Of a stretch of 64,000 nucleotides of DNA, positions 21,879 to 32,929 are shown piece by piece. The DNA lies in assembly GCA_036272715.1 (NCBI GenBank), contig DATAYD010000071.1:2297-66296 (forward strand). Reading direction: 5' to 3'. The translations under genes were made by a program, and so were the position numbers. Below the pieces are notes generated by a model. The model made no database searches and had not been told where the DNA came from. It saw only the letters and a program-made list of their open reading frames with translations. Source of the stretch: Caulobacteraceae bacterium (GTDB taxonomy: Bacteria; Pseudomonadota; Alphaproteobacteria; Caulobacterales; Caulobacteraceae). How positions within the stretch are numbered: position 1 is the first letter of the stretch; every line of letters starts with the position of its first letter.

Positions 21879-22002
21879 ATGAGGCCTCGGTTGGATTTCC
21901 GAAGCCTGACGTCCCCGCCGGACCCCAATCCCCTCCCGGTGGCGGCCACGAGAGACCACTCCAACGCCCGGGCGCGGCCCTCCGCACCGGGCGTTTCTTT
22001 TT
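21879..22002 (+). ncRNA. Candidate trans-acting sRNA (three hairpins, C-rich loop, intrinsic terminator)
   Basis: AGGCCTCGG/CCGAAGCCT stem; CCGCCGG-ACCCCAATCCCCTC-CCGGTGG stem-loop; AACGCCCGG...CCGGGCGTT plus T tract. Confidence 0.65.
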
Positions 22003-22063
22003 GGCCTGCCCCAAATGACAGCCGCCGGTTTGACTTGCCGGCGGATCGTGAGAAGACCTGCCC

Positions 22064-22870
22064 ATGCGACTTCGGCTTGCGACCTGGAACGTCAATTCCG
22101 TGCGGCTGCGCGCCGAACAGGTGGCGAGGTTTGTGGCCGAACAGGCCCCAGACGTGCTCTGCCTGCAAGAGATCAAGTGCCAGGCGGGCGAGTTCCCGCG
22201 CGAGGCCTTCGCCGAGATGGGCCTGCCGCACCTGGCGATCAGCGGGCAGAAGGGTTGGCACGGCGTCGCGATCGCCTCGCGCCTGCCCTTCGAACCTGGC
22301 CCCACCCTGGACGTCTGCCGCGAAGGCCACGCCCGTTGCGTCTCGGCCAGGGTCGAGGGCGTCGAGATCCAGAATTTCTACATCCCCGCCGGCGGTGACA
22401 TACCGGACCGGGAACTCAATCCGAAGTTCGACCACAAGCTCGATTTCCTCGAACGCCTGACCACCATAGCGGCGGCGCGCGATCCGAAAGCGCCCCTGAT
22501 CATCACCGGCGACCTGAACGTGGCGCCGGGCGAGTTCGATGTCTGGTCGCACCGCCAGATGCTGCGCGTGGTCAGCCACACCCCGGTCGAGATCGAAGCC
22601 ATGGAGCGGCTCAAGGCCGCCGGCCAGTTCATCGACCTGCCCCGCGAAGCGATCCCCGAACCGCGAAAACTGTTTTCCTGGTGGTCCTACCGCGCCGCCG
22701 ACTTCCGCGCCTCGAACCGCGGCTTGCGCCTGGACCATATCTGGGTGTCACCGGGCCTGCGCGACGGCGCTTTCCGCACCGGCGCGGCGTCAGCGCGCGT
22801 CCACGACGATGTTCGCGAGTGGGAGCGCCCCAGCGACCATGCCCCGGTCAGCGCGGACCTGGCGCTTTAG
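22064..22870 (+). CDS. xth: Exodeoxyribonuclease III
   Basis: ATWNVNSVR, LCLQEIK, GDLNVAP, RLDHIW, SDHAPV. Confidence 0.95.
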   Translation: MRLRLATWNVNSVRLRAEQVARFVAEQAPDVLCLQEIKCQAGEFPREAFAEMGLPHLAISGQKGWHGVAIASRLPFEPGPTLDVCREGHARCVSARVEGVEIQNFYIPAGGDIPDRELNPKFDHKLDFLERLTTIAAARDPKAPLIITGDLNVAPGEFDVWSHRQMLRVVSHTPVEIEAMERLKAAGQFIDLPREAIPEPRKLFSWWSYRAADFRASNRGLRLDHIWVSPGLRDGAFRTGAASARVHDDVREWERPSDHAPVSADLAL

Positions 22871-22935
22871 GCAGGCATTTCGTGCGCGACGGACAGTCGC
22901 AGCCTGCAAGCGCTGTTGCCCCTGGATTGATATCG

Positions 22936-23622
22936 TTATGGCGCCAACCGGTAGCCGCCCGCTTCGGTCAGCAGCAGCTTGGCGCCGGCGGCGTCCGCTT
23001 CGATCTTCTGGCGCAGGCGATAGATATGCGTTTCCAGGGTGTGGGTGGTGACGCCCGCGTTGTAGCCCCAGACCTCGGCCAGCAATTCCTCGCGCGACAC
23101 CGGCTTTTCGCCCGCGCGGTAGAGGTATTTCAGGATGTTGGTCTCCTTCTCGGTCAGGCGGACCTTTTTCTGCTTGGCGTCGACCAGGAGCTTGGCGGCC
23201 GGCCGGAATTCGTAGGGGCCGATCCGGAACACCGCGTCCTCGGACTGCTCGTGACTGCGAAGTTGGGCGCGGATGCGCGCCAGGAGAACCGCGAAGCGGA
23301 ACGGCTTCGTCACATAGTCGTTGGCGCCGGAATCCAGACCTTGGATCGTGTCGGTCTCGCCCGTCGCCGCGGTCAGCATGATGACCGGCGCGGAAATCCC
23401 CGCCGCCCGCAGCCTGCGGCAAACCTCGCGCCCGTCGATGTCCGGCAGATCCACGTCCAGGAGGATCAGGTCCGGTTTGTCCGCGACCGCTTGGCGCACG
23501 CCGTCCTCGCCGGTTTCGGCCTGGGCGGCGGTGAATTCGTTGTTTAGGGCCAGTTGCTCAGCCAGTTCGCCGCGCAGGTCGGCTTCATCATCAATAATCA
23601 GAATGGTCTTACGCTGGGCCAT
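22936..23622 (-). CDS. cenR: OmpR-family response regulator, probable CenR ortholog
   Basis: Receiver plus winged helix; VRLTEKETNILKYLYRAG...WGYNAGVTTHTLETHIYRLRQKIE; synteny with xth and yggS. Confidence 0.85.
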   Translation of the reverse strand: MAQRKTILIIDDEADLRGELAEQLALNNEFTAAQAETGEDGVRQAVADKPDLILLDVDLPDIDGREVCRRLRAAGISAPVIMLTAATGETDTIQGLDSGANDYVTKPFRFAVLLARIRAQLRSHEQSEDAVFRIGPYEFRPAAKLLVDAKQKKVRLTEKETNILKYLYRAGEKPVSREELLAEVWGYNAGVTTHTLETHIYRLRQKIEADAAGAKLLLTEAGGYRLAP

Positions 23623-23661
23623 GGTCCGAACATGCCCGCGCCGTCAGGGGGCGTAAAGCGC

Positions 23662-24345
23662 TCAAATCGGAGGAAGCGTCGGACGCGCCCCGAACAACGC
23701 CGAACCCACCCGCACCGAGGTCGCGCCGAAGCGCACGGCGGTTTCGAAATCCCCGCTCATGCCCATCGACAGCCGCTCCAGGCCGTTACGGCGCGCGATC
23801 TTGGCCAGGAGGGCGAAATGCAACGCGGGTTGTTCGTCCCGAGGCGGCACACACATCAGCCCTTCGATCGAAAGGCCATATTCGTTGCGGCAAGCGGCGA
23901 TGAAGCGATCAGCCTCGGCCGGGACCACGCCAGACTTCTGCGGCTCCTCGCCGGTGTTGACCTGGACGTAAAGCCTTGGCGTCCGATCCAACCGATCAAA
24001 TTCCTGCGCGAGCGCTCGCGCAAGCCTGGGCCGATCGAGGCTTTCGATGACATCGAACAGACGCACGGCGTCGTCCACCTTGTTGGTCTGCAAGGGCCCG
24101 ATCAGGCGCAGTTCCAAACCTTCACGGCGCGCGGCCCAGCGCGACATCGCCTCCTGGACCCGGTTCTCGCCGAAGCGCCTTTGGCCCGCCGCCAGCACGG
24201 GCTCTATGATCGGCCAAGGCTGCTGTTTTGAGACGGCGACCAAATCCACCGTATCCGGATCACGGCCGGCGGCGACGGCCGCCGCGGCGATCCGCTCGAG
24301 GACGGTTCGCAGCGGGGACTTGGACTCCAAGTCGGTGTCGGGCAT
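23662..24345 (-). CDS. yggS: PLP homeostasis protein (YggS family)
   Basis: [41 protein letters not shown]. Confidence 0.95.
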   Translation of the reverse strand: MPDTDLESKSPLRTVLERIAAAAVAAGRDPDTVDLVAVSKQQPWPIIEPVLAAGQRRFGENRVQEAMSRWAARREGLELRLIGPLQTNKVDDAVRLFDVIESLDRPRLARALAQEFDRLDRTPRLYVQVNTGEEPQKSGVVPAEADRFIAACRNEYGLSIEGLMCVPPRDEQPALHFALLAKIARRNGLERLSMGMSGDFETAVRFGATSVRVGSALFGARPTLPPI

Positions 24346-24354
24346 GGGAAGTCG

Positions 24355-25038
24355 ATGAATGCTCTGCGGCCGCCGGGGGCGGTGATGGAAGGGGTGGCGG
24401 CGAAGCTAGGCCGCCGTCCGCGCCAAGGAAAGCCGGCATCGCGCCGCGCCGCGCCAGTCCCTTGCCTGTGGTTCTTGACCGACCCGATACGAACGCCAGA
24501 CCCCATCGCGATCGCCGCCCGCCTGCCGCGCGGCGCGGCGGTGGTCTATCGCACGTTCGGATCAGAGGACCGCTTGGCGATCGCCAGCGCACTGCGCCGC
24601 CTGACCCATGCACGCGGACTGAAGCTCCTAATCGGCACGGACTGGCGGTTGGCGGCGGTGGTCGGGGCGGACGGCGTGCATTTACCACAAAGGCTGGCCT
24701 ATCTCGCTCCCCGTCTGCGACGATCCCGCCCGGGTTGGCTGATTTCAACCGCCGCCCACAACCAAGCCGCGATCATCGCGGCTGCGCGCTGGCGCGTGGA
24801 TGCGATCCTCGCTTCGGTGGTGTTCGACAGCCGCAGCCGTTCCGCGACCGGTCGTGTTCTGGGGCCAGTGCGATTCGCGGCGATGGTCCGCGCCTCATGG
24901 CTTCCCGTCATCGCCTTGGGAGGGGTGAATGATCGGACCGCGCCACGGTTGCTACGATCCGCCGCGGCGGGCTTGGCAGGCGTCGAAGTGTTCGAAAAAG
25001 CCGGCGGCGGACGAGCCAGGCCCCAACCTAGAACTTGA
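24355..25038 (+). CDS. Thiamine phosphate synthase (ThiE/TenI)-like protein
   Basis: [21 protein letters not shown]. Confidence 0.75.
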   Translation: MNALRPPGAVMEGVAAKLGRRPRQGKPASRRAAPVPCLWFLTDPIRTPDPIAIAARLPRGAAVVYRTFGSEDRLAIASALRRLTHARGLKLLIGTDWRLAAVVGADGVHLPQRLAYLAPRLRRSRPGWLISTAAHNQAAIIAAARWRVDAILASVVFDSRSRSATGRVLGPVRFAAMVRASWLPVIALGGVNDRTAPRLLRSAAAGLAGVEVFEKAGGGRARPQPRT

Positions 25039-25450
25039 AACTGGTTTCCAGTTTCACGCGCGGCCCCTGTTGGTTCTGTTGGGGCAGTGGGTTGGTCCGG
25101 TCAAAGGTCGTGGTGTCGCCCAACGCGACCGCGCCGCCGACCCGAATCGACGGGGTGATACGGAAATAGGCCCCCGCCTGAACGTCACGCAACTGCATGT
25201 CGCGCCCGACCGGCTGGTTGAGGTCGAGTTTCAGGCCCCAATGGCCTTTTTGGTCCCAAAACAATGACTTTTGAGCCGGTTGCGGGCTCCAATGGTTCGT
25301 TTCCGGCTCAGCGCTAAAGTTCGAAAAGGCGTTGGAATTGAGGTTGATCGGTGCGTGAGCGGTCTGGATCGTCTGCGCGCGCGCGCCCGCGGCCGTCGCC
25401 AACAAGGCTCCGGCGCAGATCACAATTGCTGTGGCGCGCATCCTGGTCAT
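25028..25450 (-). CDS. ntrZ: NtrZ-family periplasmic regulatory protein
   Basis: Signal peptide; KGHWGLKLDL...DVQAGAYFRITPSIRVGGAVALG...[11 protein letters not shown]; Caulobacter synteny. Confidence 0.75.
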   Translation of the reverse strand: MTRMRATAIVICAGALLATAAGARAQTIQTAHAPINLNSNAFSNFSAEPETNHWSPQPAQKSLFWDQKGHWGLKLDLNQPVGRDMQLRDVQAGAYFRITPSIRVGGAVALGDTTTFDRTNPLPQQNQQGPRVKLETSFKF

Positions 25451-25739
25451 GGCCGTCAGGCTACCGCCATCGTCTAAAAATCCCCACAATGACGCTCGCG
25501 CGCCACGTCCCGCCCATCTCGGTTCCGATTAGCGCATGGTTTTCGACGGGGTCAATGCGTGGGCGTCGCTGTGGCTGCGTCAGCCTCGCTTCTGGGCGCC
25601 GGCTGTGGCGCAAGCGCCACGCGATTCCTGTTGGGCGTCGGGGCGGGCGTGTTATAGAGCGCGTCTTGCGGTCAGGGGTGGACGCCGCGCGAGCTGGCGA
25701 TTGTCCGGGTTTGCGCATAATCGAGCGGAGCGAAACACG

Positions 25740-26219
25740 ATGAAGTTGATGCGTACAGCATCAGTTATTGCGGCGGCAATGGGCGCCGCCGCCCTGGCGG
25801 GATGCGCGCACAAGGCCGCTGGCGGCGACGCCTACAAGACGGCCGGATTCCATCCCTTCGGCGGCGGCAAACCGCCGGCGGCGGCGCCTGGCGCGATCGG
25901 CGTCAACGGTTATCTGTGGCGCGCTTCGCTGGACACCCTGGCTTTCATGCCGCTGGCGTCCGCCGATCCCTATGGCGGGGTGATCCTGACCGACTGGTAC
26001 GTCAATCCGGAAAAGCCGGACGAGCGGTTCAAGTGCACGGTCTATATCCTGGACACGCGACTGCGCGCCGATGGCCTGAACGTCACCGTCTTCAAGCAGC
26101 ACCATGACGCCTCGGGCGCCTGGGTTGACGCCGCCGCTTCGGACCAGACCGCCGCGGATATCGAAAACGCGATCCTGACGCGCGCGCGTCAGCTTCGACT
26201 TTCGAATATGAGCCAGTAG
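25740..26219 (+). CDS. DUF3576-domain lipoprotein
   Basis: Lipobox LAGC; [34 protein letters not shown]. Confidence 0.88.
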   Translation: MKLMRTASVIAAAMGAAALAGCAHKAAGGDAYKTAGFHPFGGGKPPAAAPGAIGVNGYLWRASLDTLAFMPLASADPYGGVILTDWYVNPEKPDERFKCTVYILDTRLRADGLNVTVFKQHHDASGAWVDAAASDQTAADIENAILTRARQLRLSNMSQ

Positions 26220-26391
26220 GCGCGACCCAGGTTCGAAAGCCGCTTCCGCTTTTGGCCGCCGCGCCCTAAGCCGAGCGCCAATCGACCGAGGCGCCTGTCG
26301 ACCGAGGCGCCGGCCTCGACCCGAATTGCACTTTGACGCGCCCGATTCGAGCCGGTCGAATCGGGTCTGGATCTGGAGCTGGGCCGCGGCC

Positions 26392-28983
26392 ATGGCGCGA
26401 TACAATCCCAAGGAATCCGAGCCCCGTTGGCGCGCCGCCTGGGCCGATGCGGACGTGTTCCGCGCGCCAGACCCCCAGCAGAGCGGCGAACGGCCCAAAT
26501 ACTACGCCCTGGAGATGTTCCCCTACCCGTCGGGCCGCCTGCATGTCGGTCACGTCCGCAACTACGCCATGGGCGATGTGGTCGCGCGGTTCAAACGAGC
26601 CCGAGGCTTCAATGTCCTGCATCCGATGGGCTGGGACGCCTTTGGCATGCCGGCCGAGAACGCCGCCATGGAGCGCGGCGTTCACCCGAAATCCTGGACT
26701 TATGAGAACATCGCCGCGATGCGGGCCCAGTTGAAGCTGCTGGGCCTGTCGATCGACTGGAGCCGCGAGTTCGCCACTTGCGATCCGGCCTATTATGGCA
26801 AGCAGCAAGCCCTGTTCCTGGACCTGTTGAAGCGAGACCTGGTCTACCGCAAGGAAGGCATCGTCAACTGGGACCCGGTCGACCACACCGTGCTGTCCAA
26901 CGAGCAGGTGATCGACGGCCGCGGCTGGCGCTCCGGGGCGGAAGTCGAAAAACGCAAGCTGACCCAATGGTTCGCGCGCGTCACCGATTACGCCGACGAC
27001 CTGCTGGACGGCCTCGCGACGCTGGATCGCTGGCCGGACAAGGTCCGCGTGATGCAGGAGAATTGGATCGGCCGGTCCAAGGGCCTGCGGCTCACATTCG
27101 GCTATGCGACGCCGCCGAAGGATCATTCCGAAGGCGTGGAAGTCTACACCACGCGCCCCGACACGCTGTTCGGCGCGAGCTTCGTCGCCGTCGCGGCGGA
27201 CCATCCGCTGGCGGAACAGGTCGCGCGCGCAAACCCGGCGGCGGCCGTGTTCATCGCCGAGTGCCGCAAAGGCGGAACCTCGGCGGCCGAGATCGAAGCC
27301 GGTGAGAAGAAAGGCTTCGATACAGGCGTCGAGGTGGTTCACCCTTTCGATCCGACTTGGCGCCTGCCGGTCTGGATCGCCAACTTCGTCCTGATGGATT
27401 ATGGCGTGGGGGCGATCTTCGGTTGCCCGGCCCACGACCAGCGCGACCTGGATTTCGCCCGCAAATACGGCTTGCCGGTCCGGCCCGTCGTACTGCCGCC
27501 GGACGCCGACCCCGCGGACTTCCAGGTTGCGGACGAGGCCTATGTCGGACCTGGCCGGATCTTCAATTCCGGATTCCTCGACGGCCTGGAAATCGAGGCC
27601 GCCAAGGCCGCGGCGATCGCGCGGGTCGAGGCCCAAGACCAAGGCCAGGGCGCCACGGTCTACCGGTTGCGCGACTGGGGCGTCTCGCGCCAGCGTTATT
27701 GGGGCTGTCCGATCCCGATCGTCTATTGCGACTCCTGTGGGGCCCAGCCGGTGTCGGAAGACCAGCTACCGGTGATGCTGCCCGACGACGTCGAGTTCGA
27801 CCGGCCGGGCAACCCGCTGCTGCGGCATCCGACATGGCGCGACACCACCTGCCCGGCCTGCGGCGGCAAGGCGTTGCGAGAGACCGATACGCTGGACACC
27901 TTCGTCGACAGTTCCTGGTACTTCGCACGCTTCACCGACCCGAACGCCGCCACGCCGATCAACCCGACCGCCGCGGATTATTGGCTGCCTGTCGACCAAT
28001 ATATCGGCGGGATCGAGCATGCGGTCCTGCACCTGCTCTACGCCCGGTTCATCACCCGGACCCTGGCGGATGCTGGGCAACTGAACGTGCGGGAGCCGTT
28101 CGCGGGCCTGTTCACCCAAGGCATGGTCACCCATGAGACCTATCGGCGACAGAACGGCGACTGGATCGAGCCCCAGGCCATCGAGGTGACGACCGAGGGC
28201 GATCTGCGCCGGGCGCGATTGCTCGATGGCGGCGAACCGGTGGAGATCGGCGACATCGAAAAGATGTCCAAATCCAAGAAGAACGTCGTCTCGCCGGAAG
28301 AGATCTCCGAGGCCTATGGCGTCGACGCCGCGCGGCTGTTCGTGATGTCGGACTCGCCGCCCGAGCGTGACGTGCAGTGGACCACTGGCGGGATCCAGGG
28401 CGCCTGGCGGTTCGTCAACCGGGTCTGGAACGAATTCGACAATCAGCCCGAAGCATTGGCGGACGCGCCGGCCGAAGACGATCCGGCGGCTGTCGAACTG
28501 GTGCGCGCGACGCACCGGCTGATCGCCAGCGTCACCGACAGCATCGAAGGCTTCCGCTTCAACAGCGGGGTGGCCCGGCTCTACGAATTCCTGAACGCCT
28601 TGCGCGCCGCGCCGGTCGAAACGGCCTCCCCAGCGCTGCTGGCCGCCCGCCGGCAAGCGCTGTCGGCCCTGGCGCGGCTGATCGCGCCGTTCACGCCACA
28701 CCTGGCCGAGTCCTGCTGGGAGCGGCTGGGCGAGGCCGGCATGGTGGTGAACGCGCCCTGGCCTGATTTCGACCCGGCCTTGGTCGCCGTCGACGAGCGC
28801 GTGCTGCCCGTCCAGATCAACGGCAAGCGCCGCGGGGAGATCCGCGCGGCCACGGGCGCGCAAAACGCCGATATCGAGAAGATCGCTCTGGCGGACGCCG
28901 GCGTTCAGCGCCACCTTGAAGGCCTGACCGTTCGCAAGGTGATCGTGGTGCAGGATCGGATCGTCAACATAGTGGCCGCATGA
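26392..28983 (+). CDS. leuS: Leucine--tRNA ligase
   Basis: [17 protein letters not shown] (HIGH motif), KMSKS. Confidence 0.98.
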   Translation: MARYNPKESEPRWRAAWADADVFRAPDPQQSGERPKYYALEMFPYPSGRLHVGHVRNYAMGDVVARFKRARGFNVLHPMGWDAFGMPAENAAMERGVHPKSWTYENIAAMRAQLKLLGLSIDWSREFATCDPAYYGKQQALFLDLLKRDLVYRKEGIVNWDPVDHTVLSNEQVIDGRGWRSGAEVEKRKLTQWFARVTDYADDLLDGLATLDRWPDKVRVMQENWIGRSKGLRLTFGYATPPKDHSEGVEVYTTRPDTLFGASFVAVAADHPLAEQVARANPAAAVFIAECRKGGTSAAEIEAGEKKGFDTGVEVVHPFDPTWRLPVWIANFVLMDYGVGAIFGCPAHDQRDLDFARKYGLPVRPVVLPPDADPADFQVADEAYVGPGRIFNSGFLDGLEIEAAKAAAIARVEAQDQGQGATVYRLRDWGVSRQRYWGCPIPIVYCDSCGAQPVSEDQLPVMLPDDVEFDRPGNPLLRHPTWRDTTCPACGGKALRETDTLDTFVDSSWYFARFTDPNAATPINPTAADYWLPVDQYIGGIEHAVLHLLYARFITRTLADAGQLNVREPFAGLFTQGMVTHETYRRQNGDWIEPQAIEVTTEGDLRRARLLDGGEPVEIGDIEKMSKSKKNVVSPEEISEAYGVDAARLFVMSDSPPERDVQWTTGGIQGAWRFVNRVWNEFDNQPEALADAPAEDDPAAVELVRATHRLIASVTDSIEGFRFNSGVARLYEFLNALRAAPVETASPALLAARRQALSALARLIAPFTPHLAESCWERLGEAGMVVNAPWPDFDPALVAVDERVLPVQINGKRRGEIRAATGAQNADIEKIALADAGVQRHLEGLTVRKVIVVQDRIVNIVAA

Positions 28984-29495
28984 CGAAAACGCTTCGAAGC
29001 CTTGTGGCCATGGCCATGGCCGTTTCCGCGTCCGCGCTGACGCTGGCGGGCTGCGGTTTCACGCCGCTCTATGCGAAGCCGGGGGTCACGCCCGGCCTCG
29101 CGGCGATCGACGTGCATGCGCCGCACGGCCGCACGGCCTATCTCCTGGGCCAAGACCTAAACGACGCCTTCGCCCGCGACCGCACTGTTCCGCCGGTTTA
29201 TCAACTGAACTTCACGGTGGCCGAGAAGCGCTATCCGCGAGGTCTGCGGATCGACAATGTCGCTACCCTCTACGAGACCCACATCACGGTCACCTATCAG
29301 TTGATCGAGATCGCCACTGGCCGGTTGGTCAAGGGCGGCGTCGAGCCGATCGTGGTGGTCTACGATGTCGCGGACCAGCCCTATGCGGGCATCGCCGCCC
29401 AGCAGAATAGCCAGGAGCGCGCCGCCAGCCAGGCCGCCGAGCGGATCCAGACCACTCTGGCGCTCTATTTCACCAGCCTCGCCCAGAAGAAATAG
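28980..29495 (+). CDS. lptE: LPS assembly lipoprotein LptE
   Basis: [10 protein letters not shown]; leuS-lptE-holA synteny; ATGA overlap with leuS. Confidence 0.9.
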   Translation: MTKTLRSLVAMAMAVSASALTLAGCGFTPLYAKPGVTPGLAAIDVHAPHGRTAYLLGQDLNDAFARDRTVPPVYQLNFTVAEKRYPRGLRIDNVATLYETHITVTYQLIEIATGRLVKGGVEPIVVVYDVADQPYAGIAAQQNSQERAASQAAERIQTTLALYFTSLAQKK

Positions 29496-29512
29496 CCAGC
29501 CGAGGCCGCGCC

Positions 29513-30565
29513 GTGATCCTGTCCAAACGGCCTGATGTCGAGCGCTTCCTGAGCCAACCGACCAAGACCGTCCGCGGCGCCCTGATCCATGGCCGCGACC
29601 GCGCCGGCGTACATGAACGGGCCGACCGATTGGCCCAGGCCTCCACGGCGCATCCTGACGATCCTTTCGACGTCGCGCTGCTGACCGAAGCCGATATCGA
29701 TAGCGACGGCGCGCGCCTGGCCGACGAACTGACGGCGCGGTCGCTCAGCGGCGGCCGCCGGCTGGTGCGGCTGAAATTGACCGGCGACCGCGTGGCGATC
29801 GACCGCGCCGCCGCCGAAGCGGTTCAGGCCCATGACGCCGGCTCTTTCAATCCGGACGCGTTCTTCCTGATCGAGGCTGGCGCCCTTGGCCGCGATTCAG
29901 CCCTGCGCAAGGCCGCCGAAAAAGCCGCACAGGTCGCCGCCATCGCCTGTTACGACGACGAGCCTGGCGATACGGCGCGGCTGGTGCGCGAAGGATTGGC
30001 GAAGGACAAGCTGAGCCTGAGCCCGGACGCACTGGACCTGATCGTCGGCCGCCTGCCCCACGATCGTGGCGTGATGCGCCAGGAGATCGAACGCCTGGCC
30101 CTGTTCCTCGGCCCAGGCGGCCAGGTGACCGCCAAGCCGGAAGATCTGGGGCCCTTTCTCGGCGTCGAGCCCGAGGCTTCGCTGGCCGAGGCGGCGGAAG
30201 ACGCGTTCGGCGGCAAGATGGCCGGCGCCCACGCCAACCTCCGCCGGGCGGCGGCGGAGGGCGAGAGCGGGCCGGCGGCGGTGCGCGCCTTGGGGACCCA
30301 CCTCGGCCGGCTTCGCCGCGCGCTGACCTTGGCCAAGGCCGGCGCCGGTCTGGCCGAGGCGGCGAAGGCTTCCGGCGTCTTCTGGCGCAACGAGCGGGAA
30401 TTCCTGCGCCAGGCGCGCGCCTGGAGTCTGGAGCAGCTCGACGTCCTACAACCGGAGCTTTTGGCGGCTGACCGGGCCTGCAAACAGACCGGCTCGCCGG
30501 ATGACCTGATCGCCGAGCGGCTGGCGCTGCTGATCGCGGGCCGTGCGCGCAGGCTGGGATTATAG
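29513..30565 (+). CDS. holA: DNA polymerase III subunit delta
   Basis: LIHGRD, SLSGGRRLVRL, CYDDE, QEIERLALF; synteny. Confidence 0.9.
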   Translation: MILSKRPDVERFLSQPTKTVRGALIHGRDRAGVHERADRLAQASTAHPDDPFDVALLTEADIDSDGARLADELTARSLSGGRRLVRLKLTGDRVAIDRAAAEAVQAHDAGSFNPDAFFLIEAGALGRDSALRKAAEKAAQVAAIACYDDEPGDTARLVREGLAKDKLSLSPDALDLIVGRLPHDRGVMRQEIERLALFLGPGGQVTAKPEDLGPFLGVEPEASLAEAAEDAFGGKMAGAHANLRRAAAEGESGPAAVRALGTHLGRLRRALTLAKAGAGLAEAAKASGVFWRNEREFLRQARAWSLEQLDVLQPELLAADRACKQTGSPDDLIAERLALLIAGRARRLGL

Positions 30566-31450
30566 GTCTCGGGCGCGTTCGCCGCCGGTCGTCAACCTCC
30601 GGCAGAGCTCGTCCAATTGCTCCAGCGACCCATAACGCACCCGCACTTCGCCAGCGCCGCCGCGATCGTTGATCTCGACGTGCAGGCCGAGCGCTTCGCT
30701 CACATCCTCTTCCAGGGCCCGGGTGTCGGCGTCCTTGACCGGGGCCGCCGACGGCGCGGGCCTCGTCGGGGCCTGGGCTCGCCGGGCCAGGGCTTCGGCC
30801 TCCCGCACGTTCAGGCCTTGGGCCAGGACCTGGCGCGCGAGAGCCTCGGGATCCGGGGCCGCCGCCAGCGCGCGGGCGTGGCCAGCGGTGAGCCGGCCGG
30901 CGCGCAGCTCCAACTGGACCGCTTCGGGCAGGCCCAGCAGGCGCAGGGCGTTGGCGACATGGCTGCGGCTCTTGCCGACGATCTGGGCGATCTCTTCCTG
31001 CGTGCGACCGAACCGGTCGATCAGGTCGCGATAACCGAACGCTTCTTCGATCGCGTTCAGATCGACGCGCTGGACGTTCTCGATGATCGCGATCTCGAGG
31101 GTCTTCAGATCGTCGAGTTCGCGCACCACCGCGGGCATTTCGCGCAAGCCCGCGCGTTGGGCCGCGCGCCAGCGCCGCTCGCCGGCGACGATCTGGTACC
31201 GCCCGCCGCCATCCGGAGACGGCCGCACCAGGATCGGTTGCAGGACGCCGCGTTCACGGATGGAGGCCGCCAAAGCTTCGAGGTCCTCTTCGACGAAATC
31301 CCGGCGCGGCTGGTCCGGATTGCGTTCGATCAGCTCGATCGGCAGGTCTCGGCCGTCGCTCGGCCAAGGCGTTCCACCCGCCGCCGCTTCGTCGGCCTCT
31401 CCCAGCAAGGCCGAAAGGCCCCGACCCAGTCCCCTGCGGTGATCGGCCAT
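30560..31450 (-). CDS. parB: Chromosome partitioning protein ParB
   Basis: RGLGRGLSALLG, NPDQPRR, IVAGERRWRAA, HTH. Confidence 0.97.
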   Translation of the reverse strand: MADHRRGLGRGLSALLGEADEAAAGGTPWPSDGRDLPIELIERNPDQPRRDFVEEDLEALAASIRERGVLQPILVRPSPDGGGRYQIVAGERRWRAAQRAGLREMPAVVRELDDLKTLEIAIIENVQRVDLNAIEEAFGYRDLIDRFGRTQEEIAQIVGKSRSHVANALRLLGLPEAVQLELRAGRLTAGHARALAAAPDPEALARQVLAQGLNVREAEALARRAQAPTRPAPSAAPVKDADTRALEEDVSEALGLHVEINDRGGAGEVRVRYGSLEQLDELCRRLTTGGERARDL

Positions 31451-32283
31451 CAGCCGGCCGCCCGCAGGCGAGCGCGTTCGCGGCCGACCACTTCGCGCGC
31501 CAGGTTCAGATAAGCCTGACTTCCTAAACACTTAAGATCATAAACTAAGACCGGCTGTCCGAAAGACGGCGCCTCGGAAACCCGTACATTACGCGGAATC
31601 ATGGTCTTGTAGACCTTATCGCCGAAATGGGTGCGGACATCCTGGGCGACCTGTTCGGAAAGACGGTTTCGCTTGTCGTACATGGTCAGGACCACACCCT
31701 GGATCTCGAGTTTGGGGTTCAGATTGCCGCGCACCAGGTCGATCGTCCGCATCAGTTGGGTCAGGCCCTCCAAAGCGAAGAACTCGCACTGCAGAGGCAC
31801 CAGGACCGCATCCGCGGCCGCCATGGCGTTGACGGTCAGGAGGTTCAAGGACGGCGGGCAGTCGATCAGCACATAGCTGTAACCGCCTTCATTCACCCGC
31901 CCGCGCAACGCCGCGACAGCGTCACGGAGCCGGAACGAGCGCCGCGGCGCCTGGGCGAGCTCCAGTTCAACGCCCGACAGATTGGGATCGGACGGGACCA
32001 GTTCGAGGCCCGGCAGCGAAGTCTTGATCGCGGCGTCCGCCAGGGATGCTTCATTGACCACGACGTCATAGACCGTGGTCATCCGCTGCCCACGCATGAT
32101 CCCCAGGCCCGTGGAGGCGTTCCCCTGGGGATCCAGGTCGACGATCAGCACGCGCTCGCCGACCGCCGCCAGGGCGGTGCCGAGATTGATCGCCGTCGTG
32201 GTCTTACCGACCCCGCCCTTCTGGTTCGATATCGAGAGCACGCGTAGGTCCGGGTAGCGCCGGCGGTCATACTGGTCGGACAC
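31450..32283 (-). CDS. parA: Chromosome partitioning ATPase ParA
   Basis: NQKGGVGKTTT, DLDPQGNAS, IDCPPSL, IPRNVRVSEAPS; GTG start inferred. Confidence 0.96.
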   Translation of the reverse strand: MSDQYDRRRYPDLRVLSISNQKGGVGKTTTAINLGTALAAVGERVLIVDLDPQGNASTGLGIMRGQRMTTVYDVVVNEASLADAAIKTSLPGLELVPSDPNLSGVELELAQAPRRSFRLRDAVAALRGRVNEGGYSYVLIDCPPSLNLLTVNAMAAADAVLVPLQCEFFALEGLTQLMRTIDLVRGNLNPKLEIQGVVLTMYDKRNRLSEQVAQDVRTHFGDKVYKTMIPRNVRVSEAPSFGQPVLVYDLKCLGSQAYLNLAREVVGRERARLRAAG

Positions 32284-32929
32284 GGGACACCTTTTGCAAT
32301 CGTGCGATACGGCCCTCGGTATGGCTGATGCTGGGTATGAGGTCGGCCTCGAATTTCCAAGATTTAGCAGCTTCTTGTAGCTCAACCCCAACATCTTGTC
32401 CCTTAAGGAACAAGCCCGTGGCGCCAGACCGCAGGTATGGCCAAGCATAACCCAAAAGTTTGACCATGGGCGCGCAGGCCCGCGCGGCGACCACATCAAC
32501 GCCCAGGGTCAGACTTTCGGCCCGGGCATTGTGAACGGTGACGGGTAATGACAGGGCGTCGACCACCGCCTGAAGGAAGCGGCAGCGCTTGGCCATGCTC
32601 TCGACCAGGTGAATCCGCGCTCCGGCGTCTCCCTTGGCCAGGATGGCCAGAACCAGACCCGGAAAACCCGCCCCCGCTCCGAGATCGGCCCAGGTGCGGG
32701 CTTCGGGCGCGATCAAACGGAGCTGAGCGCTGTCCAACGCGTGCCGCCCCCAGAAATCGCCCAGCGCGGAGGGTCCAACGAGATTCATCCGGCCGTTCCA
32801 CTCGACCAGGAGATCAAAAAACGCCCGCATGTCGGCCATCCGCGCCTCGTTCGCGCCGGTCGCCGCCTGGAAGGCGTAGTCGTCGACCACCTTCGGCGCG
32901 GGTTCAAGCGGCGCGGGCGCGGCGGACAT
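32267..32929 (-). CDS. rsmG: 16S rRNA m7G527 methyltransferase (GidB)
   Basis: [34 protein letters not shown]. Confidence 0.95.
   Translation of the reverse strand: MSAAPAPLEPAPKVVDDYAFQAATGANEARMADMRAFFDLLVEWNGRMNLVGPSALGDFWGRHALDSAQLRLIAPEARTWADLGAGAGFPGLVLAILAKGDAGARIHLVESMAKRCRFLQAVVDALSLPVTVHNARAESLTLGVDVVAARACAPMVKLLGYAWPYLRSGATGLFLKGQDVGVELQEAAKSWKFEADLIPSISHTEGRIARLQKVSRVRPV

Noticed and set aside
21879-22002. tRNA, SRP, 6S or suhB/MmgR identity for the lolA-xth RNA
   Set aside because: No cloverleaf or TTCGA arm and no SRP or suhB signature motif that I can recognise; left as an unassigned sRNA.
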